From: Escherichia coli
GTDB lineage: Bacteria; Pseudomonadota; Gammaproteobacteria; Enterobacterales; Enterobacteriaceae
Assembly (NCBI RefSeq): GCF_003334785.1
Contig: NZ_QOWV01000008.1
Length of the DNA stretch: 64,000 nucleotides
Strand: one strand, 5' to 3'
Part shown: positions 57,335-64,000 of the stretch, piece by piece
Layout of the letters: each line of letters starts with the position of its first letter
How positions within the stretch are numbered: position 1 is the stretch's first letter
Program-made: the position numbers and the translations under genes
Notes under the pieces: model-generated
The model's database searches: none
Told to the model about the DNA's origin: nothing
The model's input: only the letters and a program-made list of their open reading frames with translations

Positions 57335-58144
57335 ATGAAGAATATTAGATACATTGACAAAAAAGATGTTGAAAACCTGATAGAAAGTAAAACGTCTGAT
57401 GATGTTATTATTTTTCTTTCCGGCCCCACATCGCAAAAAACACCATTGTCAGTGCTGCAGACAAGGGATGTTATTGCTGTCAATGGTTCTGCACAATATC
57501 TATTAAGTCATAATATTATTCCCTATATTTATGTACTTACCGATGTTCGCTTTTTACATCAACGGCGTGATGATTTTTATAAATTTAGCCAGAGAAGTCG
57601 TTATACCATCGTAAATGTTGACGTTTATGAACATGCTTCTGAAGAAGATAAGCGGTACATCCTTCAAAACTGCCTGGTACTACGTTCATTTTACCGCAGA
57701 GAAAAAGGTGGATTGATCAAGAAGATCAAGTTTAATATTTTGAGCCGAATTCATAAAGAGCTCCTGATCTCTGTACCTTTTTCTAAAAAAGGTCGTCTGG
57801 TTGGCTTTTGCAAGGATATTAACCTCGGTTATTGTTCATGCCATACCGTTGCTTTTGCTGCAATCCAAATAGCCTATTCGCTGAAGTATGCTCGTATTAT
57901 CTGTTCAGGCCTTGATTTAACGGGTAGCTGTTCGCGTTTCTATGATGAAGATAAGAATCCTATGCCCTCAGAGTTGATTCGGGATTTATTCAAAATTTTA
58001 CCATTTTTCCGTTTTATGCGTGAAAATATAGAAGATATCAATATTTATAATTTATCCGACGATACTGCAATTCAATATGATATTATTCCCTATATGAAAA
58101 TATCCGAAATTGAAGAGCCGTGTGTTTATGAAAAAATAAGCTAA
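57335..58144 (+). CDS. waaZ: LPS core biosynthesis protein (WaaZ position)
   Basis: 269 aa, AT-rich, between waaY and the terminal GT4 gene. Confidence 0.55.
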   Translation: MKNIRYIDKKDVENLIESKTSDDVIIFLSGPTSQKTPLSVLQTRDVIAVNGSAQYLLSHNIIPYIYVLTDVRFLHQRRDDFYKFSQRSRYTIVNVDVYEHASEEDKRYILQNCLVLRSFYRREKGGLIKKIKFNILSRIHKELLISVPFSKKGRLVGFCKDINLGYCSCHTVAFAAIQIAYSLKYARIICSGLDLTGSCSRFYDEDKNPMPSELIRDLFKILPFFRFMRENIEDINIYNLSDDTAIQYDIIPYMKISEIEEPCVYEKIS

Positions 58145-58196
58145 TATTTTATATGTGTTTATTACGTGTTATAAATTATATTGGAGTTGGCTAATA

Positions 58197-59339
58197 ATGA
58201 TTAAAAAAATAATATTTACCGTCACACCAATATTTTCTATACCGCCAAAAGGAGCTGCAGCGGTTGAAACATGGATTTATCAGGTCGCAAAAAGACTTTC
58301 GATTCCAGTAACTATCGCCTGTATTCGAAACGAAGGTTACCCAACCTACACAAAAGTAAATGATCACTGTGATATTCACTACATTGGTTTTAGTCGAGTC
58401 TATAAACGACTTTTCCAAAAGTGGACTCGACTTGATCCTGTGCCATATTCTCAGCGTATTTTAAATACCCAACCTAAAAACACTGATCCGAAAGACTCTG
58501 TTATTGTTATCCACAATAGCATGAAGCTGTATAAACAGATTCGTAGCAGAAGCCCTCACGCGCAGCTAGTTATGCATCTTCATAATGCTTTCGAGCCAGG
58601 TGAGTTAGACAAAAATGCAAAGATAATTGTTCCTAGCCAGTTTCTTTTCGATTTCTATTCGGAAAAAATGCCTGATGCAAATATTGCTATTGTGCCTAAT
58701 GGTTTTTGTTCTGAATCGTATGAACAAAATAATACTGAAGATTTGAGGCAGAAACTGAACATTGATGCAAATGATACCGTGTTATTATTTGCAGGAAGGA
58801 TATCACCAGATAAAGGTTGCCTGATGCTTATGGAGGCTTTTAATCAGCTGAATAAGATACAAGATAACCTCAAACTGGTGATTGTCGGAGATCCTTTTGC
58901 CAGTAAAAAAGGCGAAAAAGCTGAATATCAGAAAAAAGTTCTGGATGCAGCGAAAGCTATTGGAGCGCAATGCATTATGGCGGGTGGACAGCCTCCAGAG
59001 CAGATGCATAACTATTACCGTTTAGCAGATTTAGTTGTTGTTCCTTCTCAGGTAGAAGAAGCTTTTTGTATGGTAGCTGTTGAAGCGATGGCGGCAGGTA
59101 AACCAGTGCTTGCCAGTCAAAAAGGTGGAATTAGTGAGTTTGTTCTGGAAGGAATTACAGGCTATCACCTTGCAGAGCCTATGACATCTGAAAGTATTCT
59201 CGCGGATATTAAGCGCGTTTTGGCGGATGCTGACAGAGCTCAAATTGCTAAAAATGCCCGAAATTTTGTTTTCTCAAAATATAGCTGGGAACATGTTACT
59301 CAGCGTTTTGAAGCACAAATACAAGACTGGTTTGGTTAA
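58197..59339 (+). CDS. waaK: GT4 glycosyltransferase, WaaK-like
   Basis: 380 aa from ATG 58197 (GGAG upstream); GT4 E-x7-E motif EAFCMVAVEAMAAGKPV; last gene before waaL. Confidence 0.6.
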   Translation: MIKKIIFTVTPIFSIPPKGAAAVETWIYQVAKRLSIPVTIACIRNEGYPTYTKVNDHCDIHYIGFSRVYKRLFQKWTRLDPVPYSQRILNTQPKNTDPKDSVIVIHNSMKLYKQIRSRSPHAQLVMHLHNAFEPGELDKNAKIIVPSQFLFDFYSEKMPDANIAIVPNGFCSESYEQNNTEDLRQKLNIDANDTVLLFAGRISPDKGCLMLMEAFNQLNKIQDNLKLVIVGDPFASKKGEKAEYQKKVLDAAKAIGAQCIMAGGQPPEQMHNYYRLADLVVVPSQVEEAFCMVAVEAMAAGKPVLASQKGGISEFVLEGITGYHLAEPMTSESILADIKRVLADADRAQIAKNARNFVFSKYSWEHVTQRFEAQIQDWFG

Positions 59340-59357
59340 AAATTATTGGATTTGAAG

Positions 59358-59394
59358 AGCCTGCCTGAACTTAATGTCAGGCAGGCTTTTTTTT
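59358..59394. terminator. bidirectional terminator between waaK and waaL
   Basis: agcctgcctgaacttaatgtcaggcaggct hairpin followed by TTTTTTTT; overlaps waaL stop. Confidence 0.7.
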
Positions 59395-60610
59395 ATTTAT
59401 TCCGCATTGCTAACAGTAAACCAACAATCAAGCCAATTGGTTTGAGATCAACTTCCTCGAAGTTACCTCGAATAATATAAAAGCTTACAAGCGTTAAAAA
59501 TAGTAGTAATTGACCATTATAAGGAGTGACGACAACTGTTTTAAACGTTGCATTAGCTGTCTCTTTGATAATAGAGCCATACAGATAAAGTAAAGCGAGT
59601 AGTCCAGCCAAACCCGCTGCAAACCAAATTGACAAAACAACGTTGTGTGGCCCAATGGATTGCCTGAACTTCCATGACGGAAAATCTACAACACGCTTAT
59701 TATATATTGCATGGTAAATATCATCGCCGTAGCCATATCCCTTAAGAGGATTTTCCATAATTAATGTCCACGCCGTACCTTGAGTACCATTGGTATAGCG
59801 ATAAGAACTGTCGGTCTGTTGAAGTTTATAAATAAGCCTGTCTTTACCAGCATGATCACCTTTATAGGTAAATACACCCACTGCGGCAACAGAAATAACG
59901 ATGGAAGTCAGCATCAATAATTTCCACTGACGATTTAAGATTAACCATAGCAGAGTCACTATGAATACTGCCAGCCATGCACCACGAGACAGCGTTCCTA
60001 ATAGCAGAAATAAGAAAACTGCACTAAAAATTACGAATGCTATTTTATAAGAGGTTTTCTTGATAAGCCAAAGGTTTAATAATGCTGGAAACAGAAACAC
60101 CATTGAATCGGAAATACTACGGTGTTCATAGGTGGAAAATGGCATTATTCCTTTATTATAATCCTGAATATAAAGAATAAGTTCAACAAGACAACGTAAG
60201 CCAAGTCCGGTAACTAATGAGTATAGTACAATTTTACCAATGCTTTCATTATCTTCATCTTTTAATAATGCAGGTATAAGTAAACTATAGGCCAAAAATC
60301 CTTTAAGTACCGTATTACTGAATTCTTTAAAACTGATTTTCAGATCAGGTGATATAAAAGTAGCATATAAAAGAATGAGTGATAGTGCCAGGACACTATA
60401 AAAAAGATTATTTTTATAGAGTACTTTAAATGTTCCCGGAGCACGAGAAACTTGATAGATTACCGTAATAATCATTAGTATAGATATGATGTGTTTATAA
60501 CGGGTTATACCATCAAGGAAAAAGGTTGCAATAAAGAGGAATACCAACGCTTTATTCCAGTACGGTTTCCACTTTTCTTTATTACGTAGCGCCAGCGAGG
60601 CTGTTAACAT
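59393..60610 (-). CDS. waaL: O-antigen ligase
   Basis: 405 aa polytopic membrane protein between waaK and waaC. Confidence 0.8.
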   Translation of the reverse strand: MLTASLALRNKEKWKPYWNKALVFLFIATFFLDGITRYKHIISILMIITVIYQVSRAPGTFKVLYKNNLFYSVLALSLILLYATFISPDLKISFKEFSNTVLKGFLAYSLLIPALLKDEDNESIGKIVLYSLVTGLGLRCLVELILYIQDYNKGIMPFSTYEHRSISDSMVFLFPALLNLWLIKKTSYKIAFVIFSAVFLFLLLGTLSRGAWLAVFIVTLLWLILNRQWKLLMLTSIVISVAAVGVFTYKGDHAGKDRLIYKLQQTDSSYRYTNGTQGTAWTLIMENPLKGYGYGDDIYHAIYNKRVVDFPSWKFRQSIGPHNVVLSIWFAAGLAGLLALLYLYGSIIKETANATFKTVVVTPYNGQLLLFLTLVSFYIIRGNFEEVDLKPIGLIVGLLLAMRNK

Positions 60611-60648
60611 TGCTTCTCCACCATCTTAAATAATATATAACGTATTAA

Positions 60649-61605
60649 TCAGGAATTGATTTTATTAAATACCGTTTCTGCAGTCAGATGAGCAAGATCT
60701 TTATCTGGTGCCCTACAAACCACCTGATTCTTCCCATATCCGCCAATTAATCCCGGATCGGTTGGTCCATAAACCGTGATATTCGGTCGATCCAGTGCTG
60801 CAGTTAAATGACTTAACCCAGTGTCTACCGATACCACGAATTTCGCTCCGGCCAGCACACGGGCAACACCTTCCAGACTCATCTTCGGCAATACTTCAAC
60901 ATAAGCAAATCCTTCCGCCAGTCGTTTCGCCCGTTTTTCCTCATGCGGCGCACCCCACGGAAGTTTAATGCGAATCCCTGAATCTGCCAGTAAACCAATC
61001 AATTCTCGCCAGTGTTCTTCCGGCCAGTGTTTATCATCACGGGTCGTCGCATGAAGAAATACGGCATATTCGCCAGCATCTGTAGGCAGGTTCGTCAGAA
61101 AATGCTGTGCGATAGCATAATCGCCCTGGGTTTGCGGTTTGCTATAGCCCAGACTTTTGGCAAAAAGTTCGCGGATGCGTTCTACGGCGTGCTGCTGTTT
61201 TGCAATATGATGTTTACGATTGTAAAACAGGCTGGCTAAAGGTTCGCGAGCGGTTTGCCAGTCCATTCCATGCTTTACGCCATGCGCCAGACGCGTCACC
61301 AGCGCCGCGCTTTTTACCAGCCCCTGAGCATCGATAACTGCGTCATAGTTCTCTGCTTGTAGCGCTTCACGAAACGCTTTGCGTTCAGCTTTTATGGGGG
61401 CCGAGAACCAGGCTTTACGCCAGCGACGTATTGCCACAGGAATAACTCGCTCAACGGCGGCGTGCCAGGAAGGAATCTGTGCGAACCCTTCTTCCACCAC
61501 CCAGTCAAACTTAATCCCTGGGATTGCCTGCTGGGCATCAGTGAGTGCGGGCAACGTATGGAGAACATCGCCCATCGACGATGTTTTAACGATCAAAACC
61601 CGCAT
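60649..61605 (-). CDS. waaC: LPS heptosyltransferase I
   Basis: 318 aa MRVLIVKTSSMGDVLHTLPALTDA. Confidence 0.9.
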   Translation of the reverse strand: MRVLIVKTSSMGDVLHTLPALTDAQQAIPGIKFDWVVEEGFAQIPSWHAAVERVIPVAIRRWRKAWFSAPIKAERKAFREALQAENYDAVIDAQGLVKSAALVTRLAHGVKHGMDWQTAREPLASLFYNRKHHIAKQQHAVERIRELFAKSLGYSKPQTQGDYAIAQHFLTNLPTDAGEYAVFLHATTRDDKHWPEEHWRELIGLLADSGIRIKLPWGAPHEEKRAKRLAEGFAYVEVLPKMSLEGVARVLAGAKFVVSVDTGLSHLTAALDRPNITVYGPTDPGLIGGYGKNQVVCRAPDKDLAHLTAETVFNKINS

Positions 61606-61608
61606 CCG

Positions 61609-62655
61609 TCAGGCTTCCTCTTGTAACAATAGAGAGTTGAGTTCTTCCAGCACGCGCTGGGGAGTAATGTCGATCAAGCTCTGGTGATAACCTTCTGCGG
61701 CGTCGCCTTTGCGTACTTTGTGATAGCCGGTAATCAGGCGGATCACGCGCGCTTTATGGGATAGCGGCGGTGTGAAGTCCGGGCTACTCGGACCATACAG
61801 GGCAACCAGCGGACGATTGAGCGCCGCCGCAACGTGCATCAGGCCAGAATCGTTAGTGACAATGGCTTTACAGGCTGCAATCAGGATAACCGCTTGATCA
61901 AGCTGTGTTTCCCCCGCCAGGTTCCGGCACCATGCCTGCTGCTCGGTATTTAAAGCGGCAAGAATCTCATTGCCCGCTTCATGATCTTTCGCCGAGCCAA
62001 ACAGAACCACTTGATAACCTTCATCAATCAGTTGCTTTGCCAGTTCCGCATAGTGGTAGTGTGGCCAGCGTTTTGCCGGACCAAACTCCGCACCCGGGCA
62101 AAAACCAATCATTGGACGTTCTGATGAAAGCGAAAATTGATTACAGGTATATGATTTTTCACCTTCGCTCACCTGCAACTGCGGCCATAACAATGGCTGC
62201 GGCAGATCTTGTGCGGTACGCATAATACCTTTGTCATAGGCCAGCGCCACATAGCGTTCCACCATCAGCGGCCAGGCTTCTTTATCCAGCACACGCACAT
62301 CGTTGAGTAAACCGTAGCGCATTTCGCCGCGCCAGCCGGTGCGATGAGGAATACCCGCGAAGAAAGGCACTAATGCGGATTTGAAGGAGTTGGGTAAAAC
62401 GTAGGCGCGGTCGTAACGTTTTTCGCGCAGGCTATGACCCAGCTTGCGGCGTTCGCCAATTTCCAGCGCCCCGTGACCAAGCGGCATAGGAATGGCTTCG
62501 TTAACTTCCGGCATCCGCGATAATAATGGACGGCACCATGCCGGTGCCATCACGTCGATTATCGCCTGGGGATAGCGCGCCTGGAGCGTGCGATAGAGAC
62601 TTTGCGACATCATCATGTCGCCAACCCATGACGGGCCGATCACCAATATTTTCAT
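61609..62655 (-). CDS. waaF: LPS heptosyltransferase II
   Basis: 348 aa MKILVIGPSWVGDMMMSQSLYRTLQARYPQ. Confidence 0.9.
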   Translation of the reverse strand: MKILVIGPSWVGDMMMSQSLYRTLQARYPQAIIDVMAPAWCRPLLSRMPEVNEAIPMPLGHGALEIGERRKLGHSLREKRYDRAYVLPNSFKSALVPFFAGIPHRTGWRGEMRYGLLNDVRVLDKEAWPLMVERYVALAYDKGIMRTAQDLPQPLLWPQLQVSEGEKSYTCNQFSLSSERPMIGFCPGAEFGPAKRWPHYHYAELAKQLIDEGYQVVLFGSAKDHEAGNEILAALNTEQQAWCRNLAGETQLDQAVILIAACKAIVTNDSGLMHVAAALNRPLVALYGPSSPDFTPPLSHKARVIRLITGYHKVRKGDAAEGYHQSLIDITPQRVLEELNSLLLQEEA

Positions 62656-62734
62656 TCACTTCATCCTTCAAGCTGTCTCTGCGGCGGCTGCCTGCGTTCA
62701 CTCCGGTCACTTACTTTTGTAAGCTCCCGGAGAT

Positions 62735-63715
62735 TCACTTAGTTGCTGCCTTGATACCGCTCGAATGATTTTGTGAATTTACGTTGATGTCGCGATTCAG
62801 CCAGGCCATGTATTCCGTTACGCCTTCGGCAACGGTTTTGAACGGTTTGTCATAACCCGCCGCGCGCAGATTCGTCAGATCTGCCTGCGTGAATGCCTGA
62901 TAGCGGCCTTTCAGTTTATCCGGGAACGGAATGTATTCGATCTGGCCTTTCTTGTGATAAGCAAGCGTTGCATCGGCTACCGCCTGGAAGGATTCCGCAC
63001 GACCAGTACCGAGGTTGAAGATGCCGGAAACGCCATTTTCCAGGAACCACAGGTTTACATCTGCCACGTCGCCAACATAGACGAAGTCGCGTTTAAAGTT
63101 CTCGCTACCTTCGAACAGCTTCGGTGATTCACCGTTATTAAGCTGGGTGTTGAGATGGAAAGCGACGCTCGCCATGCTGCCTTTATGGCCTTCACGCGGT
63201 CCATAAACGTTGAAATAACGGAAGCCAACAATCTGTGAGTTTGCTTCCGGCAGAATTTGACGAACATATTCATCAAACAGGAATTTCGAGTAACCGTAGA
63301 CGTTCAACGGTTTTTCGTACTCGCGGGATTCAATAAAGTCGGAAGTGCGACCGCCGTAAGTGGCTGCGGATGAAGCGTACAGGAACGGGATTTCACGCTC
63401 CAGGCAGTAGTGCAGCAGCTCCTTGGAGTATTGATAGTTGTTATCCATCATATACTTGCCGTCCCACTCGGTGGTGGAAGAGCACGCGCCTTCGTGGAAA
63501 ATCGCTTCGACATCGCCGAACTCTTCGCCAGCCATAATCTGGATCAGGAAGTCTTCCTTATCCATATAGTCTGCGATATTCAGGTCCACCAGGTTCACAA
63601 ACTTGGTGCCGTCTTTCAGGTTGTCCACCACCAGAATATCGGTGATGCCTTTGTCATTCAGGGCTTTAACGATGTTGCTGCCGATAAAGCCCGCGCCGCC
63701 GGTAACGATGATCAT
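62735..63715 (-). CDS. hldD: ADP-L-glycero-D-manno-heptose 6-epimerase, C-terminus apparently extended
   Basis: [23 protein letters not shown]...; ORF is 326 aa, ending ...[23 protein letters not shown] rather than the ...AWLNRDA I recall. Confidence 0.85.
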
Positions 63716-63928
63716 AACTGTAACCTTCGAATTGTGGAGTCAGAGACAATCTCAGACACGAATACTTCTATCATATCACTACACGGCGCTGGCTACAGCC
63801 ATTCACCGAAAGTGGTATGCCTGAGCGTGATTTATGCTTATTTTTTGACAAGTACAAATGCTTCATCTCGTATCAACCTATGGCTTTCGGTAATATGTGC
63901 TGAAATTTGCCCAGTCTGGAGAATCGCG

Positions 63929-64000
63929 ATGCGTGGAGATTTTTATCAGCAGTTAGCCAACGATCTGGAAACCGCTCGTGCGGAAGGATTGTTTAAAGAA
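63929..64000 (+). CDS. kbl: 2-amino-3-ketobutyrate CoA ligase, 5' end only
   Basis: ATG 63929 then MRGDFYQQLANDLETARAEGLFKE, runs off the window; divergent from hldD. Confidence 0.8.
   Translation, partial: MRGDFYQQLANDLETARAEGLFKE

Noticed and set aside
52275-60610. AT-rich block in the waa cluster as a second horizontally acquired island
   Set aside because: This is the normal low-GC central waa operon and waaL, flanked by conserved waaQGP and waaCF, with no integrase, att repeats or tRNA.

Overview
This window is an Escherichia coli-type chromosomal segment covering ade/adeQ through the selC tRNA locus, the recG-spoT-rpoZ-gmk block, rph-pyrE, dut-coaBC, rpmBG-mutM-coaD and the waa LPS-core cluster up to hldD/kbl. 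Gene names are assigned from reading the translations and from remembered E. coli gene order; no database search was run. The one clear accessory region is an ~11.8 kb P4-like phage satellite (9249..21098) inserted at the 3' end of tRNA-Sec (selC). It is bounded by a 25-bp direct repeat and carries alpha primase, vis/alpA, sid, delta, psu, a P2/P4-type cos site, two iteron clusters and a P4-type integrase. Between cos and the integrase, where P4 carries its nonessential genes, sits a markedly AT-rich two-gene cargo (about 429 aa on +, 457 aa on -) that I cannot assign to any family. This cargo is the strongest candidate for an undescribed system, most plausibly an anti-phage defence module: one protein has a PD-(D/E)xK-like nuclease motif, the other an HExxH metallopeptidase-like motif and a start codon overlapping the integrase stop. 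Secondary observations are an apparent 16-codon extension at the hldD 3' end and a waa cluster with a GT4 waaK-like last gene and three GT8 paralogues.
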